A DNA stretch of 64,000 nt from Podarcis melisellensis (Eukaryota), in NCBI GenBank assembly GCA_964234715.1, contig OZ174290.1; one strand, given 5' to 3'. How positions within the stretch are numbered: position 1 is the stretch's first letter; each line of letters starts with the position of its first letter. Position numbers and translations under genes: made by a program. Of the stretch, positions 36,391 through 47,187 are shown one piece after another. The notes beneath the pieces are model-generated. The model worked only from the letters and a program-made list of their open reading frames with translations, did not search any database and was not told the DNA's origin.

Positions 36391-36869
36391 CTTAGGGAGA
36401 GAAAAGGGGGGGGGGGGAGGGAATGTTAGCTGCAGCTAAACATAAAAATCTCCCGTCACTTATTTTGACCACTCTTAATATGCTATCAGTACAAATGGCT
36501 CTTCAAAGATAAATATAAGCAAAAAGAATAGGGGGGAACAGTCACATAGCTGCAGGTCACAGCGATCTAGCAAGCCACGGTTTATTAGACCCTCCCCTCT
36601 TTTCTTGCCTACTGCTTGTTAAACCACGGTTTCCTGTTACATTTGAACTTAATATTAATATTGGATTACAAAAGAGGATATGAAACCAGGATCGGATCAG
36701 CCACCTGCCCAATCTGCAATAGGGCTTACTGGAGACTGGGAAACTGTGGTTTAATCTGGGACTACAATTCAATGTCATACCACAAGGAATTACAGTATAT
36801 TGTAACCTGGGGGGCAACTTTTGGCCCTGCGACGAGATCCTTCTGCAGGCCACATTGGCAGCGGTGCCA

Positions 36870-37172
36870 AAGGCCCCACCTGCAATATGCATTTAAAGCA
36901 GGATCATTCCATTGTGAACAGGGAGGGCTTCCCAAAAGAACCATGGGAGTTGCAGTTCGTTGAGGGTGCTGAGAGTTGTTAGGAGACTCCCTGATTCTCC
37001 CCACAGAGCTACAATTCCAAGAGAGTGGTTTAACTGGAATTGTACCTCAGTGTGTAGGAATAAGGGGTCTCCCTAACAGCACCCTTAACAAACTACAACT
37101 CCCAGGATTCTTTGAGGGAAGGCATCACTTTTTCAAAGTGGCATGATACTGCTTTAAATGTAGTGCATATGG
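36870..37172. mobile_element. Degenerate palindromic squamate repeat (MITE-like; family not identified)
   Basis: Internal inverted symmetry (TTTAAAGCAG / CTGCTTTAAA; GGGAGTTG.AGTT / AACTACAACTCCC). Related pieces at ~70-200, ~27130-27275 and ~38870-38985. Confidence 0.5.
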
Positions 37173-37763
37173 AGCCAATGTGTGTGCTTTTCGTTTCTTG
37201 CAGAAGAACGCCCTCAATAATAATCAAGATATTGAAAGGCATAATCTCAGGGATCTTTCAACAAGCACTGCAATCAAGAATTCAGGCACATTGACCTGAG
37301 GGCAAAAAGCTACAGGCGCAGAGCAAACACTCCACTTGGTTTTATAGGCCCTGGATTAAAGAATCGTAGAGAGGGAAGGGACCCTGAGGATCATCTAGCA
37401 ACGCTGGAATATGCAGCGGTCCCATATAGGGATCAAACCTGCAACCTTGCAGCCCTGTTCAGGGAAGATTTAATGTGTGACATTTTAATGTATTTTTAAT
37501 CTTTGTTGGAAGCTGCCCAGAGTGGCTGGGGAAACCCAGCCAGATGCGCGGGGTACAAATAATAAATAATAATAATAATAATAATAATAATTATTATTAT
37601 TATTAGCCCCACGCTCTAACCAACTGAGCAATCCAGGCTGGAAGGAGGAAAGCCTTCTGCATGCAGACCATATGCTCTGCCGTTGAGGTACAGCTCTTGC
37701 CCCTTTGGACTGTGTTGCAAGACGGGAGATGCCATCTTAAAAGGCACATTGGAAAGAAAAACG

Positions 37764-38290
37764 ACAACTAATCCAGAATGCGGCAGCTAGACTGGTGACT
37801 GGAAGCGGCCGCCGACGCCATATAAGACCGGTCTTGAAAGACCTACACTGGCTCCCAGTACGTTTCCGAGCACAATTCAAAGTGTTGGTGCTGACCTTTC
37901 AAGCCCTAAATTGTCTCAGTCCAGTATACCTGAAGGAGCGTCTCCACCCCTATTGTTCTGCCCGGACACTGAGGTCCAGCACCAATGGCCTTCTGGCGGT
38001 TCCCTCGCTACGAGAAGCCAAGTTACAGGGAACCAGGCAGAGGGCCTTCTTGGTAGTGGCACCCGCCCTGTAGAACGCCCTCCCACCAGATGTCAGAGAG
38101 AAAAATAACTACCAGACTTTTAGAAGACATCTAAAGGCAGCCCTGTTTAGGGAAGCTTTTAATATTTAATAGGTTACTGTATTTTAGTGTTTTGTTGGAA
38201 GCCGCCCAGAGTGGCTGGGGAAACCCAGCCAGATGGGCGGGGTATAAGTAATAAATTATTATTCTTATTATTACTACTACTATTATTATT
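37764..38290 (+). mobile_element. L2-clade LINE 3' fragment in TMEM97 intron 1
   Basis: QLIQNAAARLVTGSGRRRHIRPVLKDLHWLPVRFRAQFKVLVLTFQAL..., (TTA)n tail. Confidence 0.88.
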
Positions 38291-38459
38291 AACAACAGCA
38301 CAGCAGACAAGGGCGATCCATCGCTTTTTCTATCTACTGTAGAAGCAAACCTCACCCCACTCGCCGCCTTGCAAAAATAGTAGTAAAAGCTACATTCCCG
38401 AAGTTTAAGAAAGTACGGAAGGGATTGCAGCTTGAGCCACCCGTCCTCCGTTGACTTAC

Positions 38460-38585
38460 GCTGCGGGGGTAAAATCCTGCCCCCGGGAGCGATTGCAAAT
38501 CGACCAGCAGCGTGATGGGGATGTGAGTGAGGAAATAGAAGGCGAAGATCCATTCCAGGAGGCGCGTCGCTGCCCCAGCCGCCAT
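38460..38585 (-). CDS. TMEM97: TMEM97 (sigma-2 receptor/MAC30, EXPERA domain) exon 1
   Basis: MAAGAATRLLEWIFAFYFLTHIPITLLVDLQSLPGAGFYPRS, 126 nt, donor GTAAGT. Total 522 nt = 173 aa; D29, D56 and E73 fall at the same numbering as in the mammalian protein. Confidence 0.95.
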
Positions 38586-38900
38586 CGCGTCTTCCTCTCT
38601 CGGTGCAAAGCAATGAGCTTCCCCGCAGTAGCTTCTCATCCGAGATCGGCCCACTTTCCTCCCTCCTCCATTGGTTTCTCCGAGAGCGGGAGGGGTGTTT
38701 CCAGCCTCCCTTTGCGCCCGCCCATTTTTAAAAGGGCTGCGGAATGCAAAGGGGCCGAGCCACTTCTTGCAAAAGGAGACGGAGCTCAGCGCAGCTGCCT
38801 CGGAAAAGGCAGCAAAGCCGACGCAGGGAGGGAAGCTGTTGCGCGTGGAATCCCCGAAAAGAGGCTGTGCCTTTAAAGCGCAGTCTGTAGTTCGCCTATC
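38586..38900 (-). promoter_or_regulatory. TMEM97 CpG promoter
   Basis: CpG-rich; CCAAT on the - strand at 38670-38674; GC-box-like GGGCGGGCG at ~38715-38723. Confidence 0.6.
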
Positions 38901-39016
38901 GCAGATTTGCAATGCCTAGCAGCCCTTTACAAACTACAATACCCAGAATTCTTTTGGGGGAGGGAAGAAAACTGCTTTAAAGAGATAGCGTCTTTTTTCT
39001 TTTCTTATAAAACGCA

Positions 39017-39316
39017 CTACTCAGAGAAGCTATGAACTATGCCGTGCAGGGCACCCAAGATGAACAGGTCATAGTGGAGAGTTTTGACCAAACGTGATCC
39101 ACCTGGAGGAGGAACCGGCATGCCACTCCAGTATCCCTGCCAAGAAAACTCCATGGACAAAGACAACAGGCATATAAAAGTTATGACGCTGGATAGTGTT
39201 CTCGAAGCTACCAGCATGAGTTTGACCAAACTGCAGGAGGCAGTGGAAGACAGAAGTGCCTGGCGGGCTCTGGTCCATGGGGTCACGAAGAGTCGGACAC
39301 GACTAAACAACAACAA
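39017..39316 (+). mobile_element. Internally deleted BovB derivative (5' region fused to 3' end)
   Basis: GAAGCTATGAACTATGCCGTGCAGGGCACCCAAGA...CCACTCCAGTATCCCTGCCAAGAAAACTCCATGGAC (BovB 5' region) joined at ~39190 to the same 3' end as 4150-4277. Confidence 0.8.
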
Positions 39317-39813
39317 TTAGTATTAAAACCGTATAACAAAAATAATCAACAGATATTAAAGACAAAAAAATATACACTCATTCATTCCTTGTTTGTTACT
39401 TATTCTGTACATAGTTTTGTAATTAATTTTGACATGACCTCCGATTTTCTCTTTAAAAAATTTTTTTTTATTGATTTTCACAAAATTATAAACAAAACAA
39501 ATAAACAAACATGGATCATAAGCTTATTAAGATTACACTTATTAACATTGTTAAGTGACGTCCTCGCGTCCCCTTGGTTGAATTTCCATGCACTTCCTTT
39601 TAACGGTTTTCCAAACCAAAGTTCTTATGAAATTTAACTAAAACATTAACATCCTTATATCCTTTAATTTTAAAATTAAACATATTGTAGTCACCACTTA
39701 ACTTATATGAAATCCTAAGCCAATTAAATATCTGCAAGCTATTTCCAATTAATTTGACCTCCGATCTTCTCATTATGTTCCCGAATTAGATTCCTTAAAT
39801 ACGCACTTATTTT

Positions 39814-39847
<34 letters not shown>

Positions 39848-39874
39848 AATAGAGAAGATGAGCATGGCCCCTGC
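39814..39874 (+). pseudogene. U6 snRNA pseudogene, 3'-truncated
   Basis: CTTGCTTCGGCAGCACATATACTAAAATTGGAACAATAGAGAAGATGAGCATGGCCCCTGC matches U6 nt ~4-66. ACAGAGA box disrupted; 3' part and oligo-T terminator missing. Confidence 0.9.
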
Positions 39875-41397
39875 CTATCTGCAGCCTTCATTGCAGCTAA
39901 GTAAGAATAGGATATTATTTGATAATAATTCATTGCACTCCAGGAGGCACAGAACTGTTGAGCTGGGGAGGGTGAAAGAAAACTTAAAGAGTGGTGGTGT
40001 GATTAATAGCTTAATGGTGCCCTGGTTAGGCTGAAAGGCAGCAGCTGGCCAAAGGTCACCCAGGGATCTGAGCCCTGGCCTTCCAGGTCCTAGTTAAGAC
40101 ACGCTAATCCAGCCTTTCTCAACCTTGGGTCTCCAGATGTTGTTGGACTACAACGACCATCATTGCTAGCCAGCATGCCGGGTGGTCAGGGATGATGGGA
40201 GTTGTAGTTCAAGAACACCCAAGGTCGAGAAAGGCACTTCTAACCTCTATACCACAATAGCATCCCAAGGTACACGCCAGTTTTAAAAGCATCACCAGTC
40301 ACCTGGGTACCATCAAAACCATTGTGATTTCCTATTAAGTTCCCATCAGTGCAATGGGAAGCTGGCATAGCATAGCAACTTGGATGGAGCTCATCTAACC
40401 TGACATTCAGACAGTACGTCAATTCCTGCAATTAAGAGAGAGATCGTATTACTCTCTTGCCTGTGGTTAGGACCCAGAGCACACCGAAAAAAAGGAAAAC
40501 AAGACCTCACACTATTTTCAAGATGTGTTCGATGAAGATGGGTCCATTAGGACGAACAGGGTACTGCCCCACCAACCTAAACTCAGGCAGGCTCCACCTG
40601 CCTGCTTCCTAAAAACCAGCCCATGGCATGGACTTCTCTCACAGTTTCCTCCTCCACCGCCTCAGTTACCTTTGTCAAACTCAGCAGTGCAGAGGATGGG
40701 GACAAAATGAGAACTGGTTCTGACTTTACCTGCTGTTTGGGCTTCCTGCCTTCTGGCCCACCAAATCCAATGGGCAGTTGTCATTACTGGTTGGAATAGC
40801 AAAGTTATGGGACGTACTTACCATGGACAATACAACTACTCAGCCGACAGCAATAACCAACCCCAAATAGACTGACAATTTATTGGAAGTGTGTGGTGGG
40901 GGAAAACAACCCCCCAGATGGGTTTTTCGCCAATAGGATATAACAAATCCTAAACGACCTGTGTTTAACCTCAATTGTTCCTTTATTAACAGCACACAAA
41001 CCATCCTTTGATGTATTCTCCTTCTTCCTGTGATTTGTATGTTTCTAGTTTTACAACCAGATGGGCAAAGTTGAAGAGTCTTGGAGCATGGATGAGATGG
41101 TGATGTGTGGGAAGAGGTTTTTGGATGTGTGAGGCAAAACGGACAAGCTCCACTGTTGGCACTTCAAATCCAAAAGGTTCCAGAGGGGCACTTAAAATAA
41201 ATGCCAGTTTAGAATAAATCCAGTTCAGAATAAATCATCCCTAAGAGATGAGGGTTAAAATGTTTTGATTGTTCAAATGGGGGGGGGGGGAGAGTAAGAC
41301 AAGGCAATGAACGTGCCGTAGAATGTGCTTCAAAGTGCTGTAGGGGCAATGCACATGCCAGAGGAATTGTGTACAGGTTTTATATGAAAAGCACATT

Positions 41398-41595
41398 GGA
41401 GGGCTACAGCTCAGTGGTAGAACATCTGCTTTGTATGCAGAAGGTCCTTAGTGCAATCCCTGGCGTGGCCAGGTAAGGCCAAGAGCATTCCCAGTATGAA
41501 ATCATAGACTGCCGCTGCTGCTGCCAGTCAGAGTGGACAATACTGAGGTAGATGGGCCAACTGTCTGACTCTGTGTAAGGAAGCTTCCTTATAGG
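41398..41595 (+). mobile_element. tRNA-Ala-like-headed SINE
   Basis: AGCTCAGTGGTAGAACATCTGCTTTGTATGCAGAAGGTCC head, CTGCCAGTCAG.GT.GACAATACTGAG body. Relatives at ~7520-7790, 17460-17610, 21580-21740, 52690-52860 and 58380-58575. Confidence 0.65.
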
Positions 41596-42004
41596 ACGGA
41601 AGCAAGCAACAGCAAAAGCTCCTTGACAAGCGAAATCCCTATGGTAGCTTGATGGGCAGTGAGGATGGAGAATAGTAGTAGCCCCACCCCCTTTCAGCTT
41701 CTACGGCCAGATCAGGCCCGACTAACCAGGAGGCCTTTAAGAAATAAACTCTACCCCCGAGAGGAATGCAGCCCTCCACAGGAAGGAAAGTCTCTACCCC
41801 TGCCCTAGAGGTCCACATCTTAAGTCTCCAGCAGCTGGCATGCAGCCTCTGAATGATCTGTTCATTTGACAACTCCATGTAGCAAACACAGCCCAAGTCC
41901 CACATCCAAGAACGTGGATTCAATATAAAGGAGAAGTCAGCAAGAGAATCCACAACCCGCCTCGGCCAGATGGAGAACAGAAGACTTAGTCACGGTGCTT
42001 CTTT

Positions 42005-42487
42005 TGTTTGTTTCAAATGTCACATTTAATGTTTCCACCACTGTACTTCAAAATCTACATTGTACAAAGTGACCCGCAAGTGTGCCACATTTAACAGACC
42101 AACCTCTGAGATTTTACCTTTCATACCAGTGTCTTCTTGGGCTCATATTTAAGTTAAAACATGTTTTCTCATTCATTCAAGTGAATTGAAATGCTTCAGT
42201 TGGTTGTAGTTGTTCTTGTTGTTGTTTTTAATTCCTCAGGAGCCACATAAAAAACAAAGATATTTCATCATCTTTGTTCGAGAAATTCAACGTTTGTCTC
42301 TTTCACAGCAAAATAATTACTTCATTGAAGTTAAAACTTCCAAAACATAACTTAACTAATAGTATTCAGTTCCAGCTCAGATCACTCTTCTTGAAAATAC
42401 TCTGCTAAATACAGATAACTTACAATAACTTTAACAGTTAATTGTCCATGACAAACACCAAGGTTTCTTTTTCTTTCTCTCTCTCTC

Positions 42488-42522
<35 letters not shown>

Positions 42523-43939
42523 ATCCCAGACCAATGTTCAAAATTTAAGACCATCCATTCATTATTTCTTTGTACAGGTGAAAAACAGTCTTCAATTTTT
42601 CTTGCCTTTTTTTAAATATAAAAGTTGGGAGGGACATTCAAGTTTCAAGTCTCCACACTGAACTTAAAAATAAAAATAAAAATCATGTGGAGGTAAACAA
42701 ACCAAGTTGTATACTCCAGGAGGTAGAGGCCTTCAGTTTGTGTTCATATATATATATACACATATGCACAAAATAATTCAGTGTTTGAACAGAACACACA
42801 CAAAAAAAGGAGTTAGCCAAAACGTAATAAAAGTCATTTACTACTGTGACATTTCAAGACTTCCACAGCTTTGCCTATGGACACAAATACAATTAACGTA
42901 ATTCCCTATGTGCTTTTTTTTTGCATTTTTTGCTTTTCTTTTTCGCTGACTGTCCAGTGCAGAATTAAAAAAAAAAAAAACCCACAATGTTTCACAGACC
43001 TAAAAATGTGCAAGCTACTTCCTCTCTTGCGCTCTCTCTCTCGCTCTCTCTTTACACAGCAATGGATAGCAAGATTCTTTGACATTATTAGCCCCGGAAA
43101 TGGAATTATTTACACACATTTGCAGATGCACGTGGGAGGTGGGGTAGAAAGGGATGGTTTATGTAAGAAAAGAGCAGAAAAAACTTCTAATAAAAATAGA
43201 TTAAATATATATATATTTATATATATTTATTTATACCAGAGGAAGGGGGGGTTAAAAAGGAAAGGGGAAAGGAGTCTCATCTCTCCCTAGTCACAAACTC
43301 ATTCTTTCTACTCGCAACATCTGATTGGAAAACAGCACACAATCACCCCCACTAGTGAGAAGCTCTGTATAGGGTTCTTCTAAACTGCCAGATGACACTT
43401 GCCCACAGAAGCTGGGCTATTGTCATCAGGTGGGTTTCATGATTGGTCACAGTTTTTAAAACTTCTGTACTCCCTAAACTTTTTATTCTCTTGTTTTAGA
43501 AAAAAATCCCTAATCTTCAGGAATGGCTCAATATCAAAAATGACTTATCCACTTGGAAAAAAGAAGAAGAAGAAAAGCCCCATCATTTATTTATTTTTAA
43601 AGCAACTTCCCCACCAATTTGGTTCAAACCCTCTGTTTGTTCAGAGCCAAGCAAGATTACAGCTGCGCTACAATTCATACTTTAAAAACAAAACATGTGC
43701 AACTCTGGATAAAATATTTTTTTTCTTCTCCTAAAAGCACAACCCCACCCGTGACAGGAATTTTAAAAGCCTAGTTAAACATTTCTAAGTCTTATTCATA
43801 TATCATACAAGGATAGTGGTTGTTAATTTAAAACTTCATTAGTAAAATTACAGTACAAGCATGATTAAATGTCCAGAATTGCAAATCCCAGAATCCAGTG
43901 GAAAGCTACATTATGTCTTCAGTAGTACATCTTCCACGT
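42005..43939 (-). other. NLK: NLK 3'UTR (~1.9 kb, AU-rich, free of interspersed repeats)
   Basis: Follows the NLK stop; candidate ATTAAA signal at 42025-42030; contains (GA)n at 42471-42518 and miRNA seed matches. Confidence 0.7.
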
Positions 43940-43994
43940 TTACTCCCAGACCAGTGGAGATGGCGGCATCTCGGATGGCTGAGCGACCGTGGAA
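43940..43994 (-). CDS. NLK: NLK last coding exon
   Basis: 55 nt; (S)STVAQPSEMPPSPLVWE*, the canonical NLK C-terminus. Confidence 0.96.
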
Positions 43995-44511
43995 CTGGAA
44001 GGCAGAAAGACACAGAAGATCAGCGTTCACCTGCAAGAGGCCACAGGAACACAGAGAAGGCCACGCCGCATGCTAGCATGGCAGTGGCACTTGCCACATG
44101 TCTGTGGGGCAGGGCGCGGGGAGGCAGGAGAGCCTTGGCAGCCAGAATGCACAGACTGTGGAAGAAATATCGCCCCCTGATTCGAGAGGTGTGACTGTGG
44201 TTGCCCAGAGACAGAGAGAGAGACAGTAAGCCATATGTTGCAAAAGAAGGATCTGCCTCTTAGGCTGTATACATTCCATACACTGAAAGCACATCCATGC
44301 CCACCAAGAGATTCATCTCAACTTTTGTTTGTGAAGGTTCTTCTGAATTCGGTGAGATGCAAATTATAATTGTCAGGATTATTCAGAAGGGAAATGTGCT
44401 TTAAATGTCCCTTTGTATGAACGCTGTGCTCTTACCTTACCTATTTCCCATCTTGGCTCTTGCAACCTTCCTCTCACATCTCAGTTCCCCTCACAACTCT
44501 CCTGTCAAGAG

Positions 44512-44647
44512 CAGGCTTACTCAAACTCGCCCCTCCAGATGTTTTTGGCCTATAACTCCCATGATCCCTAGCTAGCAGGACCATTGGTCAGGGATGATGG
44601 GAACTGTAGTCTCAAAACATCGGGGGGGCTGAGATTGAGGAAACCTG
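44512..44647. mobile_element. Palindromic hAT MITE
   Basis: Same family as 21855; perfect TSD GTCAAGAG. Confidence 0.82.
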
Positions 44648-45077
44648 GTCAAGAGGCATTCAATCCCCTTGTTGATCAAGGTGTGTAACTTAATTCCTTC
44701 TACTGGCTTCCTATCCTCTTCTCTGCTTAACACCAATTCCTTTTCCTGGATGAGTGGCTGATTACTGCTTTATGGAATGCTTTTTGGAATGCTTCTAGCA
44801 CACCTGATCAAGTCAAAGATTGTAGCGCCATGAAAAAACCCCAAGGGAACAGCTTGCCAAGTGCTCTCTGTTCCTGTTCAGTGGGGTTTTGCATGGCAGC
44901 GGCTCTTGCTGGACAAAACCTAATCATGGTAAACATTAAAGCACTCAAGTAATACGTTAGGTGCATGGCTAAAGTTGTTGCAGAGCCCTTAATTCAAATA
45001 TAGGCTTCATTTTAAAAGTTGCTGCACCACTAAAAAAAAAAGGTGAATGAATATCAGATGTGATTACATACAGTTAC

Positions 45078-45171
45078 CTAATAAAGCTCTTAAAAGCAGC
45101 AGATTGTGGGTTGATGCACAGAGGCACTCTGTTTCCTTTCTGCTGTTCCAAAATGAACTGATGGATTATTT
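45078..45171 (-). CDS. NLK: NLK penultimate coding exon
   Basis: 94 nt, CAG/GTAAC; (E)IIHQFILEQQKGNRVPLCINPQSAAFKSFI(S). Confidence 0.96.
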
Positions 45172-45404
45172 CTGAAAAACAAGAAGTGATCGGGGATGAA
45201 AGGAAGCAAACCCGACTTCACACAAGCTGATAAGAACTGCATAGTACATTAGGGTTGTACAGGGGGGAAGCATGCAAAAAAGTCGAGCAACACCACTTGA
45301 GAAACACAAACATTAATCAGATCAGGATGTACTGCAGGAGCCCAAAGCTCCTCACCTCCTATCTCAGTTTGGTTTTTCTCAAAATATTCAGGAGTTCTAC
45401 TGTG

Positions 45405-45405
45405 T

Positions 45406-45469
<64 letters not shown>

Positions 45470-45470
45470 T
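45405..45470. repeat. (TTTC)n microsatellite
   Basis: Pure tetranucleotide run. Confidence 0.95.
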
Positions 45471-45835
45471 TTATTACTGAACAATCACACAAAGTGTAAT
45501 TAGAGTGGTCACCTGCTTAAAGGAAACTTAAGTTGATTAACACCATGAGTCATGGTCAATTAAGTAAGGAAATCTCTACAGTAATTTAAAAAAACCTCTT
45601 TCCTCCGAACATGCCTAGGAAAAACAGCAGCAACACCTTGTGGAGCAGAAATATGCTGTAGTAAAGGATGCTCTCGACATTATGCCCTCCAGGCACAATG
45701 TGCACACATATTATGTATGCCCTGCTTTATACACAAATATTATACATACCTAGCTCTGTGTATAGCTTTATCAATCTAACATAACAACAAAGCAGTTCCA
45801 AGAGGAATGAGACATTCCTAACCTAAAATACTCAC

Positions 45836-46034
45836 CTTTAACCTGCCGAACAGAACTGAGGTTCTTTTCAAAAGTATCATCGAATTTGGGATTCGTGATG
45901 GGTTCAAAATCACTGGTGTAAACTCTTCCAGTAGAGGTGGAAAAACAACATTTACACATACAGGTATGATATCGCAAACGCCCTTCGTCAAGATATGGAT
46001 GAGCTAAGGCATCCTTAGCGGATATTCTTTTGGA
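45836..46034 (-). CDS. NLK: NLK coding exon
   Basis: 199 nt; SKRISAKDALAHPYLDEGRLRYHTCMCKCCFSTSTGRVYTSDFEPITNPKFDDTFEKNLSSVRQVK(E). Confidence 0.97.
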
Positions 46035-46973
46035 CTGGAATATGAAGGGAGGGGGAGAAAAACACAATTATTTTAAAGGGGGATTTTTATTTGCTCACAC
46101 GTATTCACAACATGCAAATATAAAACTAATCATTTTTTCTAACCTCTGTGTACTACTACAAAAACCACTAGGAGGCAGTATTTGCTTGAAATAGCGCTGC
46201 GAATAATTCAACTTTTCCCCACGTGGCAACAGGTGGCTCATAAGTTAAACCATATACTCTTCCGCACCCCACCCCACCAGAAATGCCTTCTGGAACAGTA
46301 GTTCTGATACTATTAAATAACTTTGTTGCAAACAGCCTCCAAGACTAAATTGACCCACTGGACCCAAAGAGCGCTAGCTGTTTATAGATAGGTTGGATTA
46401 ATATGTAAAACATATTAGGTGGGGAGAGAAAGAGAGAGCGAGAGATGGGGAGACATAGACATCCGTTTTATAGAGAAAGAAGGCATTTTCTGGGAGTCTG
46501 TACCTGTGAGGTTCCACCCAAAAACCTTAAACTCATCGGGCCTGTCTATTCTCCTTACCTCTTGGAAATTTTGAAAGTTCATGCCTTGCCAGAGGTGTGA
46601 GCCATTAGGGCACTAAGTGCAAGAGCTAAAGGACTCTTGTCCTGTGGCTTTTTTGCCTGCAGCCCCTGATAGACCCCCCGCCCCGCCAAGTGCACTCCTC
46701 CAAAGGGAGTGTGGAAAGGGGTTGCCTTTAATATGCCGTATGGGAAAAGACATCCTAGGCAATCTGGATCTTCTGTGGAACCTGTTGCCCCACCCCTCAG
46801 AAAACAACACAGAAAGGATTGATTTCTCTGAGGCTGAAAAAGAAGTCGAGGCTACAAAAGATCTTGCTGCCTGGGACTGCGGTGCTGCTGCTGCTGCTCT
46901 GGGCAAAGAAGCCGCTTCCCAAAGAGAGTATGCCAGCTAGCACGGGGTTATTGCTCAGCAACCATTTCTGATA

Positions 46974-47187
46974 CAGTGGTACCTCGGGTTATAGACGCTT
47001 CAGGTTACAGTGCTAACCCAGAAATAGTACCTCGGCTTAAGAACTTTGCTTCAAGATGAGAACAGAAATTGCGGAGCAGCGGTGGAGGGAGGCCCCATTA
47101 GCTAAAGTGGTACCTCAAGTTAAGAACAGTTTCAGGTTAAGAACGGACCTCCAGAACGAATTAAGTTCTTAACCTGAGGTACCACTG
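46974..47187. mobile_element. Tigger/pogo-like MITE
   Basis: TIRs CAGTGGTACCTCGGGTTA / TAACCTGAGGTACCACTG, TA TSD. Confidence 0.85.

Noticed and set aside
39814-39874. Functional U6 gene
   Set aside because: Lacks the 3' ~40 nt and the terminator, and the ACAGAGA box is disrupted.
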